In this document: one piece after another, positions 30,367-40,403 of the stretch
Numbering within the stretch: position 1 is the first letter of the stretch
Layout of the letters: each line of letters opens with the position of its first letter
Origin: Tepidisphaera sp.
GTDB taxonomy: Bacteria > Planctomycetota > Phycisphaerae > Phycisphaerales > UBA1924
Direction: 5' to 3'
DNA: 64,000 bases
NCBI GenBank assembly: GCA_050916045.1
Contig: CP051526.1
Coordinates: 896,001 to 960,000 of the forward strand
The notes under the pieces: generated by a model
Database searches by the model: none
What the model was told of the DNA's origin: nothing
Seen by the model: only the letters and a program-made list of their open reading frames with translations
Translations under genes and position numbers: made by a program

Positions 30367-31056
30367 TCAGCGGCGACGGCGGCCGATGGCGAGAGCGCCG
30401 AGGCCCAGGAGAGCGGCCGAGCCCGGGGTCGGGATCGTGTAGCTCAGGAACTCGCCGGCGACGGAGGTCTGGCCCCAGCCGGAGGTCGACTGGTCGAGGC
30501 GGCTGAGGTGGTCGACGCCGGGGTCGGCGCCGCTGCCCGTGGTCAGGACGTCAAAGCGGAAGGTGTCGCCCTCGTTGAGGCCCAGGGTCGAACGGGAAAG
30601 CGAGAAGACCACGACGTTGCCAATGGCCGAGCCCGAGATGCCAGCGGCGCCGTAGGTCGCGGCAAGCAGGTTGTTGTCGTTGTTGCCGGAGTTGGTCATG
30701 CCGCGGAGTTCGCCGCCGAAGTCAGACCCGCCGTTGTCAACCCAAGCCGCGGCCCAGAAATCGATGCCCTGGCCGTTCCAGTTGACGTTGCGGCCCCAGC
30801 CGTTGCCCGAGCTGTTGACCGAAGCATTCGGGGAATCGATGCCGATGCAGTACTTGCCCCAGGTCGGCGCATCCACGCTGCTCCGCAGGGTCAGCGTGAA
30901 GTACAGGTTCGCGGCGTCGTGACCGACGGTCACGCTCGCGATGTCGAGGTGGCCGAGGCCGTTGTCGAAGAGCTCGTTCTGAGAGTCCGTGTACGTGACG
31001 TCGGCGTTCGCCGCGCCCGCGATCGCGCCAAGCGCGACCAAAGCAGCCATCTTCAT
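30367..31056 (-). CDS. PEP-CTERM-like surface protein
   Basis: signal peptide (ANA), C-terminal IPTPGSAALLGLGALAIGRRRR. Confidence 0.85.
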   Translation of the reverse strand: MKMAALVALGAIAGAANADVTYTDSQNELFDNGLGHLDIASVTVGHDAANLYFTLTLRSSVDAPTWGKYCIGIDSPNASVNSSGNGWGRNVNWNGQGIDFWAAAWVDNGGSDFGGELRGMTNSGNNDNNLLAATYGAAGISGSAIGNVVVFSLSRSTLGLNEGDTFRFDVLTTGSGADPGVDHLSRLDQSTSGWGQTSVAGEFLSYTIPTPGSAALLGLGALAIGRRRR

Positions 31057-31255
31057 GTCTCTGTCTCCTAGGTCACCCACGCCCGCCGGTCGTATCCAAC
31101 GCCGACGCACGTGGGGGTGTCTTGTGAGCTTTCGCCCACCGCATTCTAACGCAAAACGCTTGCGATCCAAGGCAAAACAGATGAAAACGGCCGCATCGGG
31201 CCGTGCCGAGCACGGGGAAACACGGCACGAAACGTTCCATTTGGCGATTCGCGCG

Positions 31256-33520
31256 TTATCGACCGTTGGTTTCGAGAATCTGCGAGTCTTCGGACTCTTC
31301 CTCGGGCATCTCGGGAGCGTCCCCCGCCGGGATCACTTCCTCGATCGGCGGCAGCACCTCGGGTGCCGTCGGCTGCTTCTGCACCGGCTGATCAACCGCT
31401 TCATGGCCGGGCGAGGTGGGCACGCCGAGGTAGGTGAGCGTGCGCTCCATGATGCGCCTGTTGACGGGGCCAGCGGTGAGCGAGCCGTACGCGCGATTGG
31501 TGTGCGTGAGCTTGGGACCCGGGTCGTCGATGATGACGAGGACGACGATGCGCGGGCTTTCGGTCGGTCCGGCGGCGAGAAAGCTGGCGGTGTACTGCTT
31601 GTCGAGGTACCCGCGCACGCCGTGGGGCAGGCGCTTGCCGGCCGGCGGCTTGCCGACCGGGATCTTGGACGTGCCGCTCTTGCCGAACATCGAGTAGCGC
31701 CAGACCTTCTCCTCGGGCGAAGCGGTCGCCATCGAGGTCTCCATGCGTTCGGCCACCTGTCCCATCGCGTCGCGTGTGAGCAGAGCCACCTTGGCGGGAA
31801 GGACGCGGAAGACCACGTCGCCCTGGCGAGAAGCTTCGTCGCCTGCGAGGATGCGGATCGGCGTGATCGTTCCCGCGGCGTCACCCTGGCGGGCAAAGCA
31901 CGCGAACGCGCGGACCATTTGCACCGCCGTCACCGCAACCTCGTTGCCGAAAGCGACCGAGTGCTGCGAGGAGATCTTCCAGTTGGCCAGGGACGTCACC
32001 AGACCGCCGCTCTCGCCGGGCAGGCCGATCCCGGTCTTGGAGCCGAATCCGAAACGGCGCACCGCGTCGCGCAGCTGGCCGAAGGACATCCGCTCGGCAC
32101 CCTTGCCCATTCCGATGTTCGACGAATTGATGAGGACGTCCGTCCAGGTCTGGCTGGCTTTGGCTTTCACGTCGCGGATCTCGCGGCCGTAGCTCGTCAC
32201 CCAGTAGCCGTTCTCGGTGTCGACCACGTCGCTCGGGCGCATCTTGCCCAGTTCGGTGACGGAAGCCCAGACGAAGGACTTGAACGTGGAGCCCGGCTCA
32301 TAGACGCTCTCGACGCAGCGGTTGTGCCCCAGCGCCGGGTGGATCGCCCGGCCCTTGTCTTCCTTGATGGTCTTGTAGCGGCGCTCGGGGACATACTCCG
32401 GCGAGCCTGGCGATGGCTTGTTGCCGATGGGCACGAACGGGTAGTCGACGGCTTCGGGGACCGGTCGGATCATGTCGACCATCGCGAGGACCTCGCCGGT
32501 CGCGGGGTCGAGGATGACGCATCGGCCGCCGGCGGCTTCGGTGTCCTGCACGCCGCGGAAGAGCTCTTCCTGCGCGATCCGCTGGATCTCAAGATCGATT
32601 GACAAGCGGATGTCCTCGCCGTGTTTGGCGGGGGTGACATCGCCGGAGGCGATCCAGAGCGGGCGGCCGGCGGCGTCGCGCACGAAACGCACACGGCCGG
32701 CATCGCCGTCGAGGCGGTCGCCGAGGAGCTTCTCCGCGCCGACGGTGCCGTTGGCATCCACGCCGAGGCGGCCGACCAGCGGAGCGACGGTGGCTCCGCC
32801 GGGGTACTCGCGGACAGGGACGCGTTCGAGCACGACGCCGGGGAAGTTGAGGGCTTTCACGGCGGCGGCCTGTTCGTCAGTGAGAACGCCGGTGAGCGGC
32901 ACATACCGCATGAGCTTCTTGAGCTTGGGCGGAGCGGCTTGGAGTTCGCCGGGTTCGAGCAGGCTCTGCGGCAGAGCAAAGGGTTCGCCGCCGGCTTCCG
33001 CGGTGACGAAGGTGGGAAGCTCGGGGATCTGGTCCTCGACGGCGTCTTCGAGTTCGGACTGGCTTGCGGCTGCGAGAAGCTCGCGGCGGAGGTCGTTCTC
33101 GCGAAGGGCATCGGAAACCAGCTTGCCGATCTCGGCGGGACTTTCTCCGGCGGCGCGAGCGAGTTCGACGATCACCATGTCGAGGGAAAGCGGCTTCTTG
33201 AGGGCTTCGAGCTTCTCGCGCTCCAGCATGGTCGGGTCGATCACGATGCGCGAGCCAAAGCGGGTCGTGCTGAGCACGCGTCCGCGACGGTCCATGATGT
33301 CGCCGCGCACGGCGAGCTCGGGCCGGACGCTGACGCGCGTCCCCACGGTCTCGAGAAGCCGCGTCGGAGGCTTGGTCTGGAGCATGACCACGCGGCCGAA
33401 CATCACGCCCATCGCGGCCGTGGCGAGGCCGACGAGCACGAGGCCGGTGAGGTTGACTCGGGACAAGCCCGAAGGCACGGGCCCGAGCGAGGACGCGGAC
33501 GGAGAGATCTTCTGATTCAC
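31256..33520 (-). CDS. class B penicillin-binding protein (FtsI/PBP2-like)
   Basis: RGDIMDRRG, REYP, EPGSTFK (SxxK), SSN (SxN), GKSGT. Confidence 0.92.
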   Translation of the reverse strand: MNQKISPSASSLGPVPSGLSRVNLTGLVLVGLATAAMGVMFGRVVMLQTKPPTRLLETVGTRVSVRPELAVRGDIMDRRGRVLSTTRFGSRIVIDPTMLEREKLEALKKPLSLDMVIVELARAAGESPAEIGKLVSDALRENDLRRELLAAASQSELEDAVEDQIPELPTFVTAEAGGEPFALPQSLLEPGELQAAPPKLKKLMRYVPLTGVLTDEQAAAVKALNFPGVVLERVPVREYPGGATVAPLVGRLGVDANGTVGAEKLLGDRLDGDAGRVRFVRDAAGRPLWIASGDVTPAKHGEDIRLSIDLEIQRIAQEELFRGVQDTEAAGGRCVILDPATGEVLAMVDMIRPVPEAVDYPFVPIGNKPSPGSPEYVPERRYKTIKEDKGRAIHPALGHNRCVESVYEPGSTFKSFVWASVTELGKMRPSDVVDTENGYWVTSYGREIRDVKAKASQTWTDVLINSSNIGMGKGAERMSFGQLRDAVRRFGFGSKTGIGLPGESGGLVTSLANWKISSQHSVAFGNEVAVTAVQMVRAFACFARQGDAAGTITPIRILAGDEASRQGDVVFRVLPAKVALLTRDAMGQVAERMETSMATASPEEKVWRYSMFGKSGTSKIPVGKPPAGKRLPHGVRGYLDKQYTASFLAAGPTESPRIVVLVIIDDPGPKLTHTNRAYGSLTAGPVNRRIMERTLTYLGVPTSPGHEAVDQPVQKQPTAPEVLPPIEEVIPAGDAPEMPEEESEDSQILETNGR

Positions 33521-33593
33521 GGGGACACCCCACTGAAGGCCGGCGTTGGCTGGGATGAGGGCGGAAAGCTGATCGGCGGCGTGCCGCCGGCGA

Positions 33594-33935
33594 TCAGCGT
33601 GTGCTTGGCGTGTGCGAAGCGGGGACCGTCGCGGACCCCGACTGCACGTAGAGGTTGGGCAGGGTCGGTGCGGGCTTCTCGCCGTCCTTGGTTCCGGGAT
33701 TCATGATGAGCGGGCGAAGCTCGGCTTTGCCCGCGACCATGGTGCCCACGCGCTCGGGCGTGACGAACTGTCCGATGTCGGCCCGAACGGCCAGGAGCCG
33801 TTCATCCAGCCCGCGGACGCTGAGCTGGACCTTCGCCAGTTCGTGCGTGACGGCCAGGCGCGACTGCCGGAGAGCCAGCAACCCGCACGCGGTTCCGCAG
33901 CAGACGAAGATGACGACGACGAGCTTGGCGAACAT
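33594..33935 (-). CDS. FtsL-like small bitopic coiled-coil protein
   Basis: TM followed by heptad helix; position immediately upstream of class B PBP. Confidence 0.5.
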   Translation of the reverse strand: MFAKLVVVIFVCCGTACGLLALRQSRLAVTHELAKVQLSVRGLDERLLAVRADIGQFVTPERVGTMVAGKAELRPLIMNPGTKDGEKPAPTLPNLYVQSGSATVPASHTPSTR

Positions 33936-34009
33936 CGGAAGGTGACCTTGCGAGAAACCAGCGGACGGAACAGACGCGACCGGAACGGATACCCGGAACG
34001 GATGCTTGG

Positions 34010-34774
34010 TTACTTCCCGGGCAGCTTGAGCTCATCGCCGACCGAGAGGCTGTCCTCGCGGCCGCGGAGGGCCGGGTTGAGCTCACGGATCTTGGTCAGC
34101 GAAGTGTTGAACTTGCGGGCGATGCTGCTCAGGGTGTCGCCGGAAGAGACCTTGTAGGTGACGGTGGTGCTGGCCGCGACCAGGGGGCCGTCGGAGATCG
34201 GCTTGTTGCCGGCGGGCGCGGTCGAGGGCTTGCCGGTGTAGGGAAGGGCTTTGCCCGTGAGGACGTCCTTGGCGGGGATGTTGAGCTTCTGGCCGAGCTT
34301 GAGGGCTTTCCCGGCGGTGAGCTTGTTGTAGTCGGAGAGCTTGTTGTGCAGGGAAGCGTCGCCGTACTGCTTCTTACAGATGGAGTAGAGGGTGTCGCCG
34401 GACTGGATGGCGTAGACGGTGTCGGGAATGGCGGTGGGGGTCGGTCCGGTGAACTGGTCCTCGATCGAGCTCTGCTGGGACCCATCCGGGAGCTGAGCGG
34501 TCTTGCCGGAATCGGGCTGGGTCTGATTGATGACCTTGGGCTCAGGCTGGGGGACCGGCTTGGGCTTGGGCTCGATTTCGGGAAGCTGCTTGGAGGGGGT
34601 GTAGGGATCCGAGCCGGAGTTGCCGACGACGGTCAGGCGGCTGGGGTCATCCCCGGTCATGGGGGCTACGGCGGAGGCGGCGTCGGATTTCTTCACGTGA
34701 TCGGTAATTAACACACCAACCACGAGAACCAGTGAAAGGCCGACGATCAGTGCGAGTTTAAGTTCACGGGTCAC
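34010..34774 (-). CDS. membrane-anchored double LysM protein
   Basis: N-terminal TM; YAIQSGDTLYSI and YKVSSGDTLSSIA LysM motifs. Confidence 0.88.
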   Translation of the reverse strand: MTRELKLALIVGLSLVLVVGVLITDHVKKSDAASAVAPMTGDDPSRLTVVGNSGSDPYTPSKQLPEIEPKPKPVPQPEPKVINQTQPDSGKTAQLPDGSQQSSIEDQFTGPTPTAIPDTVYAIQSGDTLYSICKKQYGDASLHNKLSDYNKLTAGKALKLGQKLNIPAKDVLTGKALPYTGKPSTAPAGNKPISDGPLVAASTTVTYKVSSGDTLSSIARKFNTSLTKIRELNPALRGREDSLSVGDELKLPGK

Positions 34775-34940
34775 GCCTGCATCCTTGCCCACCAGCCCGG
34801 CGTCCACGCCGAGTACCCGGTGGCACTGAAGTTACCCATCGGCACGGCCAAGCCCCAGGACGATCCATCGTCCCGCCGTCACCGAGTTTCGTGCTGAAAC
34901 CCCGTCCGGAAATCCCTTCCGTCCGGAAACCATCTCACCA

Positions 34941-35912
34941 TCATAACGACTTCACTGCGGCTGTCACGCCGGTGAGCCGTATCGCGCGGAACTTTGCCGA
35001 CCTCGATCTCGGGTTTTCCGCAATCTCGTCCGGCCCGGCTTCCGCCGCGCCGCCGACCACATCCGTCGCCCATCCCGAACCGACCCACCCCGCGAACGCC
35101 CGCTTCACCTGCCGGTCTTCCAGCGAGTGAAACGAGATGATCCCGACCCTGGCTCCGGGCTTGAGCCAGCCGCCCGTGCTCGATCCGTCCGCCCCTCCCT
35201 TCGCCAGCCGCTCGGCGGTTCGGCCGATGGAAGCCAGAAGAGCGTCCAAGGCTCCGAGTTCATCGTTGACGGCGATGCGGAGGGCTTGGAAGGACTTGGT
35301 CGCGGGATCGGTTCGGGACCCGTGACGGGGACGCAGCGCCGAGCGCACGATTTCGGCGAAGCGGCCCGTGGTTGTTATCGGCGACTCGGCCCGAGCTTGC
35401 GCAATCTTTCTGACGATTGCCGGGGCACCCTCCTCTTCGCCGAACTCGCGCAAAATCCGGATCAGTTCGCCCGGCGGAAGGGTGTTGACCAGCTCGGCCG
35501 CCGTGATCGGCATCGAGGGGTCCATGCGCATGTCGAGCGGGCCATCCCGCATGAACGAGAACCCGCGAGCCCCGTCGTCCATCTGGTTGGACGAGAACCC
35601 AAGGTCGGCCAGGAGCATGTCGGCGCAAAGGGAGGCTTGGTCCATCCGCCAGGCGAGGTCGGCGAAGTTGCCGCGGAGCGGGAGGACCGTGACGCCCGGA
35701 GCGGCGGCGGCGGCGGTCGCGGCGGCTCGCTCGAGGTTGCCGGGATCGACATCGTTGAGGATGATGCGGCCCTCGGCGCCGACCGCGCGGGCCATCTGCG
35801 ACGCATGTCCGCCCAAGCCGGCGGTCGCGTCGACGTAGGTCTCGCCGCGGGAGGGCTTGAGAGCTTGCGCGATCTCGACGGGGAGGACGGGGATGTGAAG
35901 ACGGTCGGCCAC
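34941..35912 (-). CDS. rsmH: 16S rRNA m4C1402 methyltransferase
   Basis: HIPVL, DATAGLGGH, DLGFSS.Q, RGFSF..DGPLDMRMD, FQALRIAVN, ISFHSLEDR, NPRSRSAK. Confidence 0.96.
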   Translation of the reverse strand: MADRLHIPVLPVEIAQALKPSRGETYVDATAGLGGHASQMARAVGAEGRIILNDVDPGNLERAAATAAAAAPGVTVLPLRGNFADLAWRMDQASLCADMLLADLGFSSNQMDDGARGFSFMRDGPLDMRMDPSMPITAAELVNTLPPGELIRILREFGEEEGAPAIVRKIAQARAESPITTTGRFAEIVRSALRPRHGSRTDPATKSFQALRIAVNDELGALDALLASIGRTAERLAKGGADGSSTGGWLKPGARVGIISFHSLEDRQVKRAFAGWVGSGWATDVVGGAAEAGPDEIAENPRSRSAKFRAIRLTGVTAAVKSL

Positions 35913-35936
35913 GGGCGACGGTAGGTCGGGAAGGGC

Positions 35937-35965
35937 TTGCTTTGGATCGGGAAATCGGGTATGCT
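35937..35965 (+). promoter_or_regulatory. sigma-70-type promoter for RNHCP leader
   Basis: TTGCTT-N17-TATGCT. Confidence 0.55.
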
Positions 35966-36004
35966 GATTTCACGCGGCGTTTGCCGCATTTCAAGGTGCA
36001 GACT

Positions 36005-36022
36005 ATGACCGTCGTTGCCTGA
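36005..36022 (+). other. putative leader peptide uORF MTVVA
   Basis: AAGGT RBS then ATG ACC GTC GTT GCC TGA, ~40 nt after promoter, at start of long structured leader. Confidence 0.5.
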
Positions 36023-36375
36023 TATCCCGAGCTCGAACCCATCGCGAAGCCCGTCTTTCCCCTGGAGAGTCGCTGGTTTTGCGGAGTTTCGAGCGGTCCT
36101 TCTCACGAGGATTCTGACGAGCGCTCCATGTCGGAGCGTGCGCGGTAACGCGTCGTCAGCGGGATGTCTCGAGCTCATTTCACCGACCGGAACGGCTTCA
36201 AGCGTGCTCGCTTGGGCCGCGGTGGTGACCACTTTCGCTTGATCTCTGGGCTTGGCGCGAGAGCCGCGGTCGCGGCGTCTTGCGTCGGGCGTTCGGTTCG
36301 CACGGTTCAATCGTCGCGCGGTGATGCGCGGCGCCGACCGCTTGCGCGGTCGTCTCTTTGGTCTGACTTCTTCCC

Positions 36376-36726
36376 ATGTCACACAAATCACGAACGGATA
36401 CGGACTTCCGGTGCAACACCTGCGGCTGGCAGGTTTCGGCAAAGGCATTCGGGACCTCGCACCGCAACCACTGCCCGAGGTGCTTGTGGTCGCGGCACCT
36501 GGACGATGAGCCCGGCGACCGCCGTTGCGCGTGCCGCGAAGGGATGGAGCCCATCGGCATCGAGGTTCGCAAGGATGGCGAGTGGGCGATCATCCACCGG
36601 TGCACGGGCTGCGGCGTCATCAAGACCAACCGCGTCGCCGGCGATGATCAGGAGCGGCCGCTTCTGGCGCTGGCGCTGCGGCCGATCGCGAACCCTGCGT
36701 TCCCGCTGGATGATCTGAGGGAGTGA
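36376..36726 (+). CDS. RNHCP domain protein
   Basis: FRCNTCG...HRNHCPRCLWSRHLD..PGDR...HRCTGCG. Confidence 0.92.
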   Translation: MSHKSRTDTDFRCNTCGWQVSAKAFGTSHRNHCPRCLWSRHLDDEPGDRRCACREGMEPIGIEVRKDGEWAIIHRCTGCGVIKTNRVAGDDQERPLLALALRPIANPAFPLDDLRE

Positions 36727-36753
36727 GTTCGAGGATGCGCGAGCGAACTCCGG

Positions 36754-37629
36754 TCACGCCGCGGGCGCGGCCGGGGCCGCCGCTTTCGCGGGGACCTTCG
36801 CTCCGCCCTGCCACTGGACGAGGACGCCGACGATGGTGACGGCGGCCCAGGTGATGGCGATGCCGATCGCGCCCATCTGGACCTTGCTGGCGAGTTCGGG
36901 GTTCATCGCGTTCAAAAGCCAGTAGCCGCAGACGATCACCGCTCCGCCGCCGAGCATCGCCGTGACGAGGGCGGCGCACTTCTTCGGCGCGGCTAAGCCG
37001 AGCAGGAGGCCCAGGATGAACCCGCCGGCGGCGGAGAGCATGAGCATTTTGCGGCTTTGGACCGGGAGGGCTTCCCAGCGGCCCTTGAGGTCGAGGCGGA
37101 CTTCCTCGGCGTACTCGTGCACGCGTTCGGCGGCGTCGCTTTTGTTCGCCCGAAGCTCTTCGCGGATCTTGGCGGCGCTCTCGGAGAGGGATGAGCGGAG
37201 AGCCGCGATGGTCTTCTGGGTCTCGGAAGGCTCGGGGAGAGCACCCGGCGTGCGGGCGAGGGTGATCGTCGCGCCGACGATGCCGATGGCCGCGAAGACC
37301 ACCGCCGCCGAGACGCCCATCGCGATCTTGAACGCCACCAGCGAGATGATCAGGCCCGCGATCAACCCGCCCGCCAAACCCGCGTAGACCGAGGGCAAGC
37401 CGAAGATCGTCGCGGTGTTCACGACGCCGGGGACGACCATCGCGCCGATCCACGCTCCACCGAGCGAGCCGAGGACGACGAACGCGGGCTGGACCACCCG
37501 GCCGCCGGCCAGCCAGAGGATCATCCCGGCGACGAATCCGGCTCCGACGAGCAAGTGGACCCCGAGCGGCAGGGTTTGCGCCGCCGCGAGGAAGGTCCCG
37601 ATGTGCTGGATCACGTCCGACAAGCCCAT
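36754..37629 (-). CDS. multi-pass membrane protein
   Basis: multiple Gly-rich TM segments with a central helical loop. Confidence 0.65.
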   Translation of the reverse strand: MGLSDVIQHIGTFLAAAQTLPLGVHLLVGAGFVAGMILWLAGGRVVQPAFVVLGSLGGAWIGAMVVPGVVNTATIFGLPSVYAGLAGGLIAGLIISLVAFKIAMGVSAAVVFAAIGIVGATITLARTPGALPEPSETQKTIAALRSSLSESAAKIREELRANKSDAAERVHEYAEEVRLDLKGRWEALPVQSRKMLMLSAAGGFILGLLLGLAAPKKCAALVTAMLGGGAVIVCGYWLLNAMNPELASKVQMGAIGIAITWAAVTIVGVLVQWQGGAKVPAKAAAPAAPAA

Positions 37630-37761
37630 TTCGACCTCCGCCCGACCCAATCGGCCCCTTGGCCTCCGCCGACTATAAGGTTGGGAGGCCGACCGAGCCG
37701 ATTGCACCCGTTCCCTCCTCATCGACCCTTTGCCGTCGGTCAGATAACCGCTGTGGACCCC

Positions 37762-39027
37762 ATGCCGAAGAAAAAGCCCGCCAAACCCCGCTCTTCGCCC
37801 GCTTCCAAGCCGGAATCCAAGCCGGAATCCGTCCCCGCGATCCCCCGCCGGGCCAAGCCCGCCGGTCCGCCTCCGGAAGCCACCGCCAAACCGGCGACCG
37901 CCGCGGAGAAGCGTGCTTTGGAGGGCTTGCCGCAGTTCCGCGAGAAAATCGACGCATTGGACAAGAAGCTGGTGCAGCTCCTGAATGAGCGGGCGGAGCT
38001 TGTGGTTGGGGTCGGCCGTCTGAAGCGGGCGGCCAAGCTGCCGATTTATGCGCCGCACCGCGAAGCCGAGGTGCTGGACCGCGTGACCTCGTCCAACAAG
38101 GGCCCGCTTCCGAACCGTGCGCTCGAAGGGGTGTATCGTGAGCTGATGAGCGGATCGTTCCAGCTTCAGCAGCCGCTTCGCATCGGGTTCCTCGGGCCCC
38201 CGGGGTCGTTCAGCCATCTTGCGGCGGTGCGGCACTTCGGGACGTCGGTGGCTTTCGAGGATCTGCACGAGATCGAGGGCGTGTTCACGGAGGTGGTGCG
38301 CGGGCATGTGAACTATGGCTTGGTGCCTATTGAGAACTCCACCGGCGGCGGGATCGTTGAAACATTGGATGCGTTTCAGAAGTATTGCCGCGACCTGCAT
38401 GTGTATTCCGAGGTGCAGCTTGAGGTGCACCATTGCATGCTGGCGCAGTGCGAGCCCAAGCAGGTCCGGCGGATTCACAGCAAGCCCGAAGTGTTCAGTC
38501 AGTGCCGGCATTGGCTCGCGACGCAGTATCCGCAAGCACAGCTCATCCCCGCGGCGAGCAGCAGTCGGGCGGTGATGACGGCGGCGGAGGAGTGCGCGAA
38601 AGCCCGCGAGATCGGGGCTGAGCCGGGGACCGCGGCGATCGGGAGCGAATTGGCAGCGGAGCTTTACGGCCTCAAGGTGCTTTTCGCGAAGATCGAGGAC
38701 AATCCGAACAATGTGACGCGGTTCTTCGTCATCAGCCGTGCGAAGGCGCAGCGGAGCGGGGATGACAAGACGAGCATCATGTTCGCGACGGCGGACAAGC
38801 CGGGCGCGCTGGTGAGCGTGCTCAAGGTCTTCCAGGACCACGGCGTGAACCTCACGCACATCGACAAGCGGCCCAGCGGCAAGCAGAACTGGGCGTACAC
38901 GTTCTTCATCGACGCGGCGGGGCACCGAGAGGACCCGGCGGTGGCGAAAGCGATCGCGGAAGCGACGACGCACTGCAATGAGCTGCACGTCCTGGGCAGC
39001 TTCCCGCGGAGTAAGCGGATTTTGTAG
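37762..39027 (+). CDS. pheA: chorismate mutase / prephenate dehydratase
   Basis: REKIDALD CM domain, GFLGPPGSFS, PIENST, NVTRF, ACT domain DKPGAL. Confidence 0.96.
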   Translation: MPKKKPAKPRSSPASKPESKPESVPAIPRRAKPAGPPPEATAKPATAAEKRALEGLPQFREKIDALDKKLVQLLNERAELVVGVGRLKRAAKLPIYAPHREAEVLDRVTSSNKGPLPNRALEGVYRELMSGSFQLQQPLRIGFLGPPGSFSHLAAVRHFGTSVAFEDLHEIEGVFTEVVRGHVNYGLVPIENSTGGGIVETLDAFQKYCRDLHVYSEVQLEVHHCMLAQCEPKQVRRIHSKPEVFSQCRHWLATQYPQAQLIPAASSSRAVMTAAEECAKAREIGAEPGTAAIGSELAAELYGLKVLFAKIEDNPNNVTRFFVISRAKAQRSGDDKTSIMFATADKPGALVSVLKVFQDHGVNLTHIDKRPSGKQNWAYTFFIDAAGHREDPAVAKAIAEATTHCNELHVLGSFPRSKRIL

Positions 39028-39091
39028 CCATACTTTGTTTGAATTCGCAGATCGACCTTGCGGAATCGCCTTGTTGTAGTATGTTGGGGGC

Positions 39092-40189
39092 ATGAAGACT
39101 CGCTTTGGCGTGGCGGCGGTCTCGCTGGTCCTTTCGGGGTCGGTTCTCGGACAGACGTGGACGTACATCCCCAATCTCCAGATCGGCGACGTTTCCCGGG
39201 ACGCGGGTGTCGTCGTCGGGACGACGTTCGGGGGGTCAGCCCGTTGGACTCGGGCCGGGGGGTTGCAGGTCTTCGGCACCGAGCCGGGGTTCGGGAGAGT
39301 CAACGTTGCGCAAGTCGTCACGAGCGACGGCGGTGCCACGTTCGGGTTCTCAAGCAGGTCGTCGGGGCGCGACCAACTCTACCGATGGCAAGGCCCGGGG
39401 ACATTTAGCGGACTCGGGAACTACACGAATGCGGAGCGGCTCGACGCGACCGACGCGAATGGGGACGGCACGGTTGTCGTAGGAACCGCGAGTGCAGGGC
39501 AGGGGGCGGTCTTCCAGTCCTATGTGTGGACGCCGCAGCGAGGGGTCCAGACGATCCCCGGGCTCATCGCGTTCAGCACGGCCGAGGCGGTCAGCGCGGA
39601 CGGGACGTTGATCGCAGGCAGCCGTCGTACCGCGAGCAACAACACCGAAGCGTACCTCTGGTCATCCTCGTTGGGCGTCACGGTGCTGCCTCGCTTGCAC
39701 GGCCAGTTCTCCGAGGCCTACGACATGAGCGCCGACGGGCGGTACGTCGTCGGCGTCTCTGAATCCCTCAACGGCGGGCGAGCGGTGATCTGGGAAGCGG
39801 GGATGGTTCGATCGCTCGGCGTGCTCGAAAACTTCAACAACAGCACAGCCTACTCGATCTCGGATGATGGCTCGATTGTCACAGGTCGTTGCCGTGAGAT
39901 CATCGGGCCAGTGGACCCGAACAACGATGAGTTCGTGTGGTCGACGGCGTGGGGCATGCTGCCTCTGAGGGAGTTCCTGGGTCGCCATGGCGTTGAAACG
40001 CCTTTGGGGATGTACCTCGACGACATCAGGGTGAGCAAGGATGGTCTATCAATCTACGGGAGTGGTTTTTACGGCACGGGAGACTTTGGAACGTTCATTA
40101 TCGCAATTCCGACACCTTCGATTTCTTTGGTGTTACTGGGTGTCAGTCTCCTCGGACGCACTTCTCGCTGCCGAAAGTCCTTGGTTTGA
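39092..40189 (+). CDS. secreted HAF-repeat protein with degenerate PEP-CTERM-like tail
   Basis: signal peptide, repeated A.(A/D)(V/M)SADG..(V/I)(V/A)G units, IPTPS-TM-basic tail. Confidence 0.8.
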   Translation: MKTRFGVAAVSLVLSGSVLGQTWTYIPNLQIGDVSRDAGVVVGTTFGGSARWTRAGGLQVFGTEPGFGRVNVAQVVTSDGGATFGFSSRSSGRDQLYRWQGPGTFSGLGNYTNAERLDATDANGDGTVVVGTASAGQGAVFQSYVWTPQRGVQTIPGLIAFSTAEAVSADGTLIAGSRRTASNNTEAYLWSSSLGVTVLPRLHGQFSEAYDMSADGRYVVGVSESLNGGRAVIWEAGMVRSLGVLENFNNSTAYSISDDGSIVTGRCREIIGPVDPNNDEFVWSTAWGMLPLREFLGRHGVETPLGMYLDDIRVSKDGLSIYGSGFYGTGDFGTFIIAIPTPSISLVLLGVSLLGRTSRCRKSLV

Positions 40190-40230
40190 TGATTCGACCA
40201 GAAAATTGTGGACAACTCCGGAATCGGTGC

Positions 40231-40359
40231 GGCGGGTGGTACGACCGCCGTTCGGTCTTCCGGGGTCTCAGTGGGGCTCCGTTGACCGACGTGTGCGTGA
40301 TGGAGCACTGAGCGGGGGTGCCACGATCCGCCGCTTCGGCGCATCGTGGATGGACGTCC
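40231..40359. repeat. dispersed REP-like element, copy A
   Basis: aligns by eye over ~130 nt to 60974-61110; contains gggtggtac and gggtgccacga...tcgtgg hairpin. Confidence 0.6.
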
Positions 40360-40403
40360 GTCCAGCATGAAACGTCGAGTCTTCGGGCGTGGTCTCGTGC
40401 GGC

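Noticed and set aside
33572..34843. Additional sigma-28-like promoters before PBP and LysM genes
   Set aside because: GCCGAT is present but there is no TCAA at matching spacing
36754..39339. 861-aa minus-strand ORF and other long antisense ORFs (e.g. 41069-43591, 58041-60050, 3423-5699 upstream part)
   Set aside because: GC-rich shadow frames opposite well-supported genes
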